In this document: piece by piece, positions 40,401-52,662 of the stretch
How the letters are laid out: each line of letters begins with the position of its first letter
How positions within the stretch are numbered: position 1 is the first letter of the stretch
Virus record (IMG/VR): IMGVR_UViG_3300029305_003918
DNA length: 64,000 bases
Strand: one strand, 5' to 3'
From: a virus
Made by a program: the position numbers and the translations under genes
Notes under the pieces: model-generated
What the model saw: the letters and a program-made list of their open reading frames with translations, nothing else
Told to the model about the DNA's origin: nothing
Database searches by the model: none

Positions 40401-43400
40401 ACCACAACAGTCGCGCAGGGTATCGCATTTGCGCAGAACCTTTATCCTTCTTCTCTTGTTAATGAGTGGGATGGTTAGAGTCTATCTCTTGATTATGAGA
40501 ACAGTGCGATTATTGCAAAAATGATTGCAGCAGGCACAAAAGATCAGCGCAATCGTTTTACCGGTGTTATGATGGGTGACTGGCATGAAAAAGGCGATGA
40601 ATCATTAGATACTCCTGGCCTATACGGATTCAATGCAGGACAACAGTCTTTTGGATTTAAAACTGATGGCACTGGTTTTATTGGTCCATCTGGTGAAGGA
40701 CGTATCCATTTTGATGGACGAAACGCTTTAATTAGTAATTCAACTTAGACTTGTTATATTAATTTAAATCCTCGTCGTTTATTGGATTATCTGACAGAAG
40801 ATGAAAATGGTGGTTATGTAATTAGTAATCAAGCATGGGATGCTATTGGTAATCAAAGTATTTCACAATTTTTCTTATATACATAGACACCAAGACGTAT
40901 TTCAACATTTTGCGATGAATTGGCGGATAAAACATTAAGTTGGATGCAAGATTGGAGTCATCATGAAGAACTACTATGGGTAGATGAATTTATGAATGAT
41001 GAAGATCATGATTATTTCTTAGTAGACCCAAATTATGGCGTAGTTACAACTGGTGGTATTTTTGCTAGATATGGTCGTATCGGTAAAGATTATCCATGGG
41101 TTATTAGTGACTATGGCTTGACATAGAAGAATATTTTTGGTAGAATATTTTTAGGAAATCCAGAAAAGAACTTGTCAAATGGTTCTTTTATTCCAAATCC
41201 TACATATACTTTAAATGGAGAAGAAGTTACTTCTTATACCAAAGAATATAAAGATGGAACCACTGAAGTTTTACCTGTTCCAGAGAATTTCTTTACTGCA
41301 TCTTTTGCAAATGAAGATAATGTTATTTAGACAGGTATTAGATCTGATGGTTATCTATACACCAAATATGCAACCATTGGTAATTGGTATATTAATGATT
41401 ATGAAATTTATGCAACCGATAGAAATTTTGGTGGAGGCCAAGCTCAAGGTTATCGTAAATTTTATGATGATTTTACTGATGAAAATGGAATGCCTTCTGG
41501 TTTTAGAGATCAAGGAGATGGCGAGCATAATGGTGACTGGATTAACTTAAATGGTCATGATTCATTTATTGCCTTTATGAAAGGTAAAATGATTATTAGT
41601 GGCCGATATGGTTGGATGGGTTTATCTACTGAAGATGAAGGTATTGAGTTAATTGCTGAACCAACATATTATAATATGTTAATCAATTTTACTACAGGTG
41701 ATATTGGTTTTGGTTTAGAAAAAGCAACAGGAGAAGATCCATTCCCAATTCCAAAAAGCTTTATCAGTGGCAATAATGGTAGTGCTTATTTCTCTAAAGG
41801 TCAAGTTCAAATTGATGGAGAAACTGCTTCTATTTATTGTGGTATTTCGACTGAAAGTCAGGGTGTTTTTACTGATCTTTCGGAAGATATTGCAGTAACA
41901 GAAGAGTTGGTTGAAGGTAATTTATATCTTGCAGCAATTCATTTACAAGGTTTGACTTATAAAGAAGATACAAATACTAATTTCATTATGCCACGTGCAT
42001 ATGAAATGGGTGAAGAATATAAACGAACCACTGAATTTACAAAAGGTAGTAAAGATGATAATTATGCCGCAGAAGGAACAATTATTCCTTTTGATTTAAG
42101 TGGTTTCCCAGATTTTTCTCAAGATGACTCAGATATTGTAACTCCTCCAGACAGTGATGGTTTGGTTTGGTTAACTAATTTTACTGGTACATTCCACACT
42201 TCAGTAGAATTAACAGATGCGCAATCAGATGAAACTTTACAGCTTGGTGGAGCGGGTTTATTTGCTGTGTATCATGATGCTAAAGGTATGGGATTTAATG
42301 TCTATCTTGGTTCTGGCGGAGAATCTATTGGCAGCAATGTTACAATTGTTCCTCGTGGAGCCGATTTAGGTTATCTTTATTAGTGGAATATTTATGGTGA
42401 ATCTGCTAGATTTACTAAAAATCTTGATGTTGATGGCTCCATTTATGGAGGAGTAATTTTTATGCTTGATGATAATAATGAATCAAGAACACCTACTCCT
42501 TCATTGGTTGCAACTCAAGCTTGGGTAAATAGAATTCTTTGTGAAGAAGTTTATCCAAAAATTGTTGCTGCTAACAACTTAGCTGCTGCGGCAATGAATA
42601 AAGCAATTGAAGCTTTAAAGAAAGCTAAAAATGCTTTAGCTAAGGCTGTTGGTCAAGCAAATTTACGTGTTGACCCTGCTGGAGGAGATGGCTCTGCGAT
42701 TATTTCCATTGAATTATAGAGTATTTATGGAAAAATGTTGCAGGAGAGTTTTAACGGCAATGGTAATACTCCTGGCGCAACTGTCGGTGAAGGTACCGCT
42801 CTTGCTTTAGCGGAGCATGGACACGTATTAAATTATGAAATTTCAGAAGGTAAATTAAAAGCTTCCGTATAGATTGGTACAGTTGGTGCTGATACTTCTA
42901 TGGGAGAAGATGCTGGACAACCCATTTTTGAAGATGGGGCTTGGACTATGGGTACAAGCAGTGGAAAATTAACTGGCTCTTTGACAATCGCAGGAAAATA
43001 GGTTGACTTAACAGATGAGCCTGAAATTTTTGGTGAGGGCGGTTTTACAATGAGTGCAGAGGGCGGATCTATTGTTTATTCTTTAACTATCGCGGGGGCA
43101 ACAGTATCCGATTCTTTTAATATTGCCGCCACGAAATATCATATGGACCAAATCGCGGCGGCATATAAAGCTGGTTATAGTGCGGGTTTTGCTCAATGTG
43201 AAGCAGACACTCAATATACTGCTTCTTCATATACTCAAGAGTCACATAGTTATACGGCAGCAAGCCATTATTATAAAGCTTCTTCACATAGCAAAAATGC
43301 AGATGGAACTTGTAATTATACAGCTTCATCACATTCATATACCCCAGCCTCTCATTCATATTCGCCATCAAGTTATACTGCTAGTACATTCTTTCCTGCT

Positions 43401-43442
43401 TAGGAATCAACTCCCTCTTCAGGATGGGAATCTTACTATTAA
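37449..43442 (+). CDS. Giant distal-tail or tail-associated protein (~1997 aa; more than 20 TAGs), probably a Dit/Tal-like baseplate hub
   Basis: ATG at 37449 after SD AAAGGAG. Track ORFs 37890, 38472, 38955, 40521, 40920, 41490, 42462 and 43050 are all in frame 0 and joined by TAGs only. No internal SD+ATG was seen at the junctions. The C-terminus carries SHSYT-like repeats. Confidence 0.6.
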
Positions 43443-43467
43443 TCATATATAAAGGAGAAAAAGGATT

Positions 43468-43854
43468 ATGACACTTAATTATACTCAAATTGATACTCTT
43501 ATGCGAGGTCTTGAAGAACTTCAAGATTCTAAAGTTCCTTTTAAGCTTGGTATGATTATTGCAAAGAATCTTACTGCGCTTAAGAAAGAAGAAGAGTTTT
43601 ATATTGACCAAGAGCGCAAGTTTGCTCTTGAATATTTGAAGTTTGATGCTGAAAAGCAAGAATTTGTTCAGAATGCTCCTGGCGTTTTTGCTATTCAAGA
43701 AGGCAAGGAAGAAGAATGTCGTAAAGCTCGTCAAGATCTAAATGATTTTACTGCAGATCTTGAGCTTCGTAAGATTCCTCTTGCACTTATTGAAAATATG
43801 GAATTTACCCCCAAACAATTACTTGCTTTGGAAATGCTTATTGAGGAGGAGTAA
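43468..43854 (+). CDS. Hypothetical protein (128 aa)
   Basis: Intact ORF with SD AAAGGAG. Confidence 0.45.
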   Translation: MTLNYTQIDTLMRGLEELQDSKVPFKLGMIIAKNLTALKKEEEFYIDQERKFALEYLKFDAEKQEFVQNAPGVFAIQEGKEEECRKARQDLNDFTADLELRKIPLALIENMEFTPKQLLALEMLIEEE

Positions 43855-43856
43855 GA

Positions 43857-46800
43857 ATGGCCGCAATTAACCGCTTATATCCACCAAATATAGCGGGCAC
43901 CATTCCCTCATTTTATACTACGAACACGGGGACCTCATTAGAGGTCCCTTTTTCTATGAATGTTACAGTAAGTAACGCCGCAGTTAAGGGAATGCGACTT
44001 CGCTTAAAAACAACATCTACAGATATTGTTATTGCAAATCTTTTCTCTCAAAAATATGGAGATGACGCCCAAAATCGTTCTGTAATTTATGACTTGACAG
44101 AGGACATTGTGGCAAAACTTGTTGTAGGTAATTTTTATAAAGTTCAATTAGCATATGTTGATCAAGCAGGTAATGATGGATATTATTCTACTGTTGCTAT
44201 TGTAAAATATACATCAAAGCCAATCGTAGAAATTGCTGGTTTAAATATGCAATCAATTACTGCAATTTCACACACATCTTTTATTGGCACTTATCAGAAT
44301 GAGGATGAATCAGAAAAAGTATATCAATATCGTTTTATTTTTTCTAATAGTGAAGGTGCAGAATTACAAAATACTGGATGGTTAATTCATAATACTCAAA
44401 CTGATACCGATTTAGATGCTTCTTCAGATGAATGTATTTTAACATTTAATTTAACAGAAGGCGAAATTTATCGAGTATAGTACAGCATTATTACTAATAA
44501 TGGATTAGTAGTAAATACTGTTAATTATGAAATTACCCAAACCACAGTCACTATTAGTACATTAAATGTATATTTAGCTACAGAGGTAGATAATGAAAAT
44601 GCTCGTGTAATTCTACATATTTATCCTGAATCAAAATATTTAATAGAAAATAAAATAGAAGAATATCCTCTAATTGGTAATTTTGTTATTTGTAGACAAG
44701 ACTTTTAGAGCGAAAATCGACTTTGGGAAACGATTGCAGAACTTCCTATTAATATGGCATTATCAAAAACTCGTAGTTATCAGTATATTGATTATGCTAT
44801 TGAATCTGGTGCAAAGTATATGTATTCTTTGCAAAAAGTAAATTCACGCAATATTTATTCTAAGAGAGTATCTACTGCTAATTTAACAATTCCAGTATTT
44901 GAAGATGCTTTTCTGTATGATGGTGACAAACAATTGCGTATTCGTTTTAATCCAAAAATTTCTTCTTTTAAGTCAGTTTTATCTGAAACTAAAAAAACTA
45001 CGCTTGGTAGACAATATCCTTTTATTTTACGAAATGGTATTTTAAATTATAAAGAGTTTCCAATTAATGGTTTAATTTCATATCATATGGATAATGATCA
45101 ATTATTTATGAAAAAAACTGATCTTGATAAAAGTTGGATTCTTACTGGCGATGACCTTGAATGGTTTGGAACTAAAGAAGATAAGACTCTTATCCGCAGT
45201 GCATTCATTGAACCTGGTACTGCCCTTACAGACGAAAATTTCACTTATGAGCGGAAATTTAAGTTAGCCGTTTTAGAATGGCTAAATAATGGTAAGATTA
45301 AATTATTTAAATCTCCACAAGAAGGTAGTTATATTGTTCGATTAACCAACGTTAGTCTGACTCCTAATGATACCATAAGTAGAATGTTACATAGCTTTTC
45401 TTGTACTGCATCAGAGGTAGATAAATTTAATATTAGTACACTTGCGAATTATTCTTTATTAAATGCTCAAGACGAAATCGTTCATATTGATATGAAAAAA
45501 ACAATTTCTTTAAGCGATCTTGCAAGAGTAATGAAAAATTCAAAAGAATTTTCTGAATATGATTTAACAGAAGGTGCTGGATGTCGCAAGATTGAATTTA
45601 TTTATGATTTAGATCCTACAAATACAATAAATAAAGCAAGCACATATGGTATGAGCTTTGAGTGGGGAGAATATAATTTTGCCATTAATAAAACTGGCAC
45701 TTATGAATTAGAACTAGATACTTATTCAACCGCGCCATTACGATATATTAATCCTCCAGATATTTTAAGTTTGGTAAAAGGATATTTAATTTTAACAGTT
45801 GAAAATATAGACGAAGATAATCTTGAAGCCATTCAAGATATTCATGCTCAGACTTATGTAGGATATGGATTATATGGTCTAACTGAAAAACAAGAACTAT
45901 ATACTTATGATATTGATGAATATAAGTTAGAGGCAGATGGTTCATACGCCTTAGATCCTATTACAAAAGAAAAAATTTATGAAACTAAATCTGGTGTTTT
46001 TAGTCGAAATCTATTTGAAGGCTGGAATGGCTTAAAAGCAACTATTCCAAGTATTGTATATATTCAATATCGCTCAATTCCAATTTACGAATGTGGCGTA
46101 AAGAAATTATCTTATGTTTGGAATAATGATTTAAATTATGGTAATTGGCCTGCAGCATTACAATATGGTAATAGTATTTTATTGCGTAAAAGTGATAATA
46201 CTTATTGGAGATATATTCCAAATCCTGCACATGGTATTGTGGATCCTACAACAGGACAATATCCAGCTGTTACAGACGCGGATTTTGAAGAGATTGAATA
46301 TGGTACTTATGTACTGTTTGGTTCAACAGCTTTTGATGCAGAAGCATTATTTACAGATAATAATGAGGATAATGGTTTAGCTCATTATTTCTATAATTTA
46401 CCATTGAATGTTCATGGAGATTTAGATTTAAGAGTTCAATCTGGTATTTAGGTATATGTTTATTGCAAAGCTGAAACTAGAACTTATACATTAGAAGAAC
46501 AATATGGTGATAAAGATAATTTAACAAAGCTTGAGTTACGAGCTTATGAAGATTATTTGGCAGCTCGCTTTAATTTTACTGTAATAGCAGACCCAGAAAA
46601 CATTAATAAACCATTGGGTGATATTGAGAATTATAATTTCTTCTATATATTTAATAATCGACAAATGATTGAAATTAATGCAATTCAAGTGGAAAACTAT
46701 TATCAAGGTGGATATAGAATTTATGTTTAGGCTTATCCACAAATTATTTCTGAGAATGATGTTGAAACATTGCGGTTAAATTGGCTTGTTAATCGTGACC

Positions 46801-46865
46801 GTTTGAATAATTATTTACGACAAGTCCTTGAAGAGGAAGAAAAAGAAGTGGAGGTAGTTAGATAA
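43857..46865 (+). CDS. Large tail or baseplate protein (~1002 aa; about 6 TAGs)
   Basis: Track ORFs 43857-44480 and 44754-46451 are in one frame joined by TAGs. The frame ends at a TAA at 46863 that overlaps the next ATG. Confidence 0.55.
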
Positions 46866-49564
46866 TGTTTATTGGTACTTCTCAAGCTTCTTTAGATAAT
46901 GTCTTTTTAAAGCAGTTAGATAATTATACTCAACGTGAAGTATTTGCTAAATTAATTTCATTAGACTGGGATGAACGAGCCATCGCAGAAATTACCGGTA
47001 ATATTGTATCTGGCAATATTTCTGTGGATGGCTCTTCAGCCACCCGCCGCACTTGCAGCCTCAATATTACAACAGATAATACCAATTCAGAATTAAATGA
47101 AATTTATTGGGGATTACATACTAAATTTGCGGTTTTAATTGGATTACGAAACTACATTGATACAATTCATGATGAAATTATTTGGTTTCAACAGGGAGTA
47201 TTTATTATTACTTCTTTCTCTTAGACCTCCAATACATCTGGATTATCAATTTCTATTTAGGGAAAAGATAAAATGTGCATGTTAGATGGTTCAATTGGAG
47301 GAAGTTTATTTGCCGATCACAGCTTTAGTGATATTGAAATTATTAATGGTGATGGCACCACTTACCGCAAAGAAATTGCTATCAAAGAAATTGTCAGAGA
47401 CGCCGTACACACTTATGCTCTTGAATCTTACGAAAATATTATAATTGCAGATTTAGATGATTGCGCAGTAGAATTATTAGATTATAAAGTAGCTGATAAA
47501 GGCTTATTTATTTATGATATTTCTACATCATCTGATTTTAAGTTTTATACTAGTCAAATGGTATTTGAAGGATCTGCTTTGGCTAATGATTTTATTCAAG
47601 CTGCACCCAAAAAAGAAGGCGCTACAGAAGATGATCCTGATTACTATATTCCTTATGAGCCATTTGAACTAAATGGAATTTATTATCGTATTATTAAATT
47701 TGTAGAATATGGTGATACTGCAGGATATCGTGAAACAGAACTTACTTATCCAGGTGAATTAATTGTAAATGCTGGTAGTCCAGTCACACAAGCTCTTGAT
47801 GCTATTGTAAATATGCTTGGTGAATTTGAATATTTCTATGATATTTGGGGTAGATTTGTTTTTCAAAGAAAGCGTATTTATCATAATATTGCTTGGCATG
47901 GTGCAATTACAAATGAAGGTGAAAGTACTTATTATGATAGTTTAAATAGTACTTAGACTCAATATGAATTTATTAATGGTTTTTTGATTAACTCATTTGC
48001 AAATAAGCCTTTATTAAGTAATATTCGTAATGATTTTGTTGTATGGGGCACAACTTCAACTGATGCACCAATACATTTACGTTATGCTATTGATAATAAA
48101 CCGCAAGAATATTTCTGTTTATTTAATGGTATCACTTATTATACAGAAGATAATTGGCGTTTTGGCGAAATTGGGAAAAAGATTTATTTTGAGCCAGGTC
48201 GCAATAACGGTCTTAATTGTCATGATGTTATTGTTAATGAAGAGAATTTCTTATCTGCAATGACAGAAACTCTTGGCACAACTGAGTTGAATGGTTATTA
48301 TTCTTTTCATTGGGTATATGTCGACAATGGAGATGGAACTTATTCTAATAAATGGCAATATTTCTTGGCTGATGGTCGTAGCCGATATTCTGATTATTTT
48401 GGTATTACTATCCCAGAAAAGCCTGAATATATTAATCAAACAGTTATAGTTACTGTGAATTTAGATGCTTTACAGTGGGATACTAATAATTTTTAGATTG
48501 TGGACTGGCGAGAAATTTTATACCGTATGGCCTATGATAATTCAAGAGCTTCTGCATATATAGAACAATTAACGTTAGCCATGAATAAAGGATATTATCC
48601 ATATAAAACAGGTGCTAAATTAAATGTTCCCGCAAAATGTTATTATTATGATGCTGATGAAAAATCTTGGAAACATCCAGTTTTAGAAATGACAGACAAA
48701 AACACTGGAAAGTCTATTGAATATTTACAAGAAAAAGGCTCAATGATTTTTGGAATTCCGGCTGCTGATGGTAGCGATGCTGATTTATTTATGAGTAGTA
48801 CTCATATTGAATTAATTGATAAATGGCAAAATACTTGGAATACTGGTTATGATTATTGTTATGCTGATATGTTAGCCTTTTGGCGATTGGTATATGATAA
48901 TCGTTCAATTAGTGAAATTGAAAAAGATAATTCTTTAACTGATTCAGAAAAAGAAGATCGTATTAAACGACATAATGAGTGGTTTGAGAATAAATATTGG
49001 CATCCCGATATTATTTACTGTTAGGCTGAACTTGATAGTGAAGGACATAATTTACCACATACTTTATATTTTAAAGATCCAGGTAAATTGTTGTTTTGGA
49101 TTGATTTTATTGGCGAGGGTAGCGAATTAGAGAAATACCGTATGGATAAAATCGGTAGACGGCCGAAAGTTGTTAATGATAACGATGTAAAAGCGATATT
49201 TTTTAGAGATACTCCTGAAATATTGTTTATTGATCCTACAGACACTCAACCAACTGAATCTACATTGAATTATGTAAAATTAAATTTGGTGGGTGGATTA
49301 CTTAATTATTTTACTTTAAGTGGCTAGGGAAAAAGTGCTAAAGAAGTTTTAGATAATATGGTATATCAATATACTTATTATCAAGAAACTATTACTTTAA
49401 ATTCTTTGCCAGTTTATTATTTTGAACCAAATGTGCGCATATCTGTTTCAGATGATATAACTGGAATTCGAGGAGAATATTTTGTAAAATCTTTTAGTTA
49501 TTCTTTCTCTCATGATGGAACTATGAATATCACTGCTACGAAAGCAGAAGATAGAATCTTCTAA
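46865..49564 (+). CDS. Large tail or baseplate protein (~899 aa; about 6 TAGs)
   Basis: Track ORFs 46865, 47273, 47984, 48500, 49088 and 49358 are all in one frame joined by TAGs. The frame ends at a TAA at 49562. Confidence 0.55.
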
Positions 49565-49575
49565 GGAGGGATATT

Positions 49576-49965
49576 ATGGCAACAAAAACAAAACAAATGC
49601 GATATGTTAAAGATGGAGATAGTCGTAATTATCCTGCCAATTTAACTGCAGAAATGTTAATTAGTGGTTCTATGTTTGATAGTTCCATTCGTATTTCAGC
49701 TTTAACTATCTCTGGAGGAGTATTTGGAATTAAATTTTATTTAAATGACACTCCTACTCCATTAAGCACGCGCGTGAATGGTCTATATAAAGAAGATACT
49801 CGAGGCAAGTGGTCTTTTGATACCACTAATGTAATGCAAGTACCTATTTATAGCTTACGCTTTGATGCTAACTCAATTTAGAATTTTCTAAATGCAAACC
49901 GCATTTTAGATAATGACGATCCTCTTTATCTATTCATTGATTATACTTATGATACAGCTGCATAA
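49576..49965 (+). CDS. Hypothetical protein (129 aa; 1 TAG)
   Basis: SD AAGGAGGG then ATG. Reads through the TAG at 49879 to a TAA at 49963. Confidence 0.4.
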
Positions 49966-50055
49966 ATGGGTTGTATTAGATAATTGAATTAGTCATAATT
50001 TGATAGAAAAAAGAGCGTAGCTCAACATTTTATTTATAATAAAGAAGGGGGTAAA

Positions 50056-51273
50056 TTGCTTATGGCAACTAATAGTCCCGTACTCTTTAAATTTGGTACG
50101 CGAGCAGAATATAATGCTTTAGCTTCTAAACAAAGTAATGCATTATACTTCTTAACAGATACCGGAGAATTGCTTCGAGGAGAAAAAAATTTAGCTCAAG
50201 CTAATTTTTATGAAGGCGTACGCCTTCAAGAAAATGGCGTGTTTACTGAGTCTAAGGAAGAAGCAATTGCAAGAGTTACTGCTGGTGCCACACTCATTAA
50301 AAATGATGTATGTGTAATTAAGGAATTACTTTTTGGTGATTCTTATAGTCATACAGCTTATGTTTATGACGGCATTCACTGGAAAGCCATGGATGGCAAT
50401 TATAACGCTGAAAACGTTTATTTTGACCAGAATTTAACATTTACTACTGACGTAGGATATGTTGAGATTGGTGCTTCTGGTTCTGAGGTTGTACAAACAC
50501 AAGGCAAAAATGTTAAAGAAGTTTTTGAAATGTTGTTCTCTCAACCAGAAAATCCTGATGTTACTCAGCCAGGTTTAAGTATCGCCGCAGCACAAAACAA
50601 AGCCTATGAAGTTGGCAGTACTGTGACCCCAAGCTATACTTTGACTTTTAATCCAGGCTCTTATGAATATGGTCCTAGTCCAACTGGTGTCACTGCAACT
50701 TATTCTGTCACTGATACCATTGGCAATACTGCTCAGACAGCAACTACTGGTACATTCCCAGCTTTGACTGTAACTGATGATACTGCTTATTACATTAATG
50801 CTACTGCAGAATATACTCAAGGTGACATTCCTGTTAATAATTTGGGTAATGCAGTTGCAGGCTATCGCATTAAAGAAGGAACTGCAACAGCTAAGAGCGG
50901 TAAGCTTTATGGCTATCGTCAATTTTTCTATGGTGCAATGACTGCAGGTACAGCCTTAAATTCTGCCAATATTAGAAAATTAACAAATAGTAATGCAGCA
51001 GTTTCCGCAAAAACATTGCCTCAATATGAGGCAAGTTCAGTGGCGAATGCCGCGAAGGTAGTTGTTGCAATTCCTGCGACAAGCTCTATTGGTGTTAAGA
51101 AAGTTACTATGCCTGTCAGTCAGAACGCAGATATTACTTCTGAGTTCAAACTTCAAGAGGATTACGTACAAGTTGAAGGCAAGAGCGGTTACCAGGCAGT
51201 AGACTATAAAGTTTGGGTATATGAGCCAGCAGCTCTCGATCCAACTGAAAACTACGTAATTACTTTAGGATAA
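50056..51273 (+). CDS. Tail fibre or receptor-binding-like protein (405 aa), TAG-free
   Basis: Intact ORF with SD AGAAGGGGG and a T/A/G/S-rich composition. Confidence 0.4.
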   Translation: MLMATNSPVLFKFGTRAEYNALASKQSNALYFLTDTGELLRGEKNLAQANFYEGVRLQENGVFTESKEEAIARVTAGATLIKNDVCVIKELLFGDSYSHTAYVYDGIHWKAMDGNYNAENVYFDQNLTFTTDVGYVEIGASGSEVVQTQGKNVKEVFEMLFSQPENPDVTQPGLSIAAAQNKAYEVGSTVTPSYTLTFNPGSYEYGPSPTGVTATYSVTDTIGNTAQTATTGTFPALTVTDDTAYYINATAEYTQGDIPVNNLGNAVAGYRIKEGTATAKSGKLYGYRQFFYGAMTAGTALNSANIRKLTNSNAAVSAKTLPQYEASSVANAAKVVVAIPATSSIGVKKVTMPVSQNADITSEFKLQEDYVQVEGKSGYQAVDYKVWVYEPAALDPTENYVITLG

Positions 51274-51287
51274 GGAGGAGAAAAGAA

Positions 51288-52643
51288 ATGGCTGTAATTA
51301 AAAAAGACGGCGGATTTATGCCTCTTCCGATTAATATCAAGCGTGGTAACCCTATTCCATTAGATTCCACTTCTATTTGGTATGATTATGACGCTCTTGT
51401 AACATATGCAAGCACAAGCACAGTTGCTTATGTTGGTCAAATTGTTACTTATGTTAATGAAACAGATAACACCTCTACGGTATATGTAATTTCCGATACT
51501 GCTGGCACTTTACTTGAAGTTGGTTCTGGAGCAGGTGGAGACGCAGTTAATGTAGACGAAAATACTATTGTTCTTGATGATCAGGGTCTTTTGACTTTAC
51601 GAGATTTTGGATCTAAGTATTATCGTTATGTTGCTGCTCATGAAGATGAGTCTGGGGCAGAAGTTCCTGCCGCTTACGTGCTTCAAGAAGTTAATGATGA
51701 GTACCCTTGGAAAGCAGGATTAATTCCTCAGGTTACTCTTGATGAAGATGGTACAACTTTCGTTTTAGGTTGGTATGAACCAAATCCAACTACTGTAGAT
51801 GGACTTCAAACCGCAATTACTGCATTGCAAACTGAGGTCGCAGGTGTTAAATCCAATCTAACCAATAATTATTATACTAAGGAAGAGGCTCAAGCGGAAT
51901 TCGCTGGAGCAACTCATTATCGCGGTTCTGTTGAAACAGAAGATGATCTTCCAGAAACAGCAGAATCTGGCGATATTTATATCGTAAAAGAAACTTCAAC
52001 AGAATATATCTACGATGGACAAAAATGGGAAGAGTTGGGTAGCCCAGTTGATCTTTCTAGTTTTGAAACTCGTATAGGAACACTTGAGACAGATGTTTCT
52101 GGTTTAAAAACAACTGTTGGGACATTAAATACATCTATTGCCAATTTAGAGTCTCGTACTGGCACATTAGAAAGTTCTGTTAAAATTGCACAAACTAATA
52201 TTGGTACGTTACGTACTGATGTAGATGGTTTAGCCTCAATTATCGGAACTGCTTCCGGTACTGATGCAGAAGGCAATCCAATTATTGCCTCAGGCATTCT
52301 TGGCTCCTTAGAAAATCTACAAAATCAAATTGGCGGATTAGATTATATTAATGGTGTTCGTATTAATGGTACAGATGTTCCTGAGTCTGACGGTAAAGCT
52401 TTACTTTATGATTTTACTAAGAGTCAAGGCTTAGCTGGTTTAGTGCCTGTTCCATCAGCTGGTGTTGTTGCCGATACAGATAATATGTATGTATTAACTG
52501 CTCAAGGCAATTGGGCTCAACCGATGGATAGTCGCATTGGAAATCTTACTTTTGATGGAGTTACTTATACTACTGTTACCGAGTATGTCGATGCTCGTTC
52601 TTCTAGCATGACTATGACTTGGTCTGCAATTTCTGATAATTAA
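51288..52643 (+). CDS. Tail fibre-like protein (451 aa) with short coiled-coil repeats, TAG-free
   Basis: Carries the repeats TLETDVSGLKTTVGTLNTSIANLESRTGTLESSV, which are typical of a fibre shaft. Confidence 0.45.
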   Translation: MAVIKKDGGFMPLPINIKRGNPIPLDSTSIWYDYDALVTYASTSTVAYVGQIVTYVNETDNTSTVYVISDTAGTLLEVGSGAGGDAVNVDENTIVLDDQGLLTLRDFGSKYYRYVAAHEDESGAEVPAAYVLQEVNDEYPWKAGLIPQVTLDEDGTTFVLGWYEPNPTTVDGLQTAITALQTEVAGVKSNLTNNYYTKEEAQAEFAGATHYRGSVETEDDLPETAESGDIYIVKETSTEYIYDGQKWEELGSPVDLSSFETRIGTLETDVSGLKTTVGTLNTSIANLESRTGTLESSVKIAQTNIGTLRTDVDGLASIIGTASGTDAEGNPIIASGILGSLENLQNQIGGLDYINGVRINGTDVPESDGKALLYDFTKSQGLAGLVPVPSAGVVADTDNMYVLTAQGNWAQPMDSRIGNLTFDGVTYTTVTEYVDARSSSMTMTWSAISDN

Positions 52644-52662
52644 AAATAGGAGGGACTAACTT

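Noticed and set aside
41215-41550. Plus-strand track ORFs in other frames inside the giant genes (for example 41215-41550, 43123-43452, 46138-46380, 48030-48263, 53099-53299, 53714-53938 and 55415-55639)
   Set aside because: These are out-of-frame overlaps within long, well-supported reading frames.
12210-49327. TAG-interrupted frames interpreted as pseudogenes or sequencing errors
   Set aside because: Dozens of consecutive fragments keep the same frame with only TAG, never TAA or TGA, between them. All true gene ends use TAA or TGA. The translations are protein-like across the junctions.
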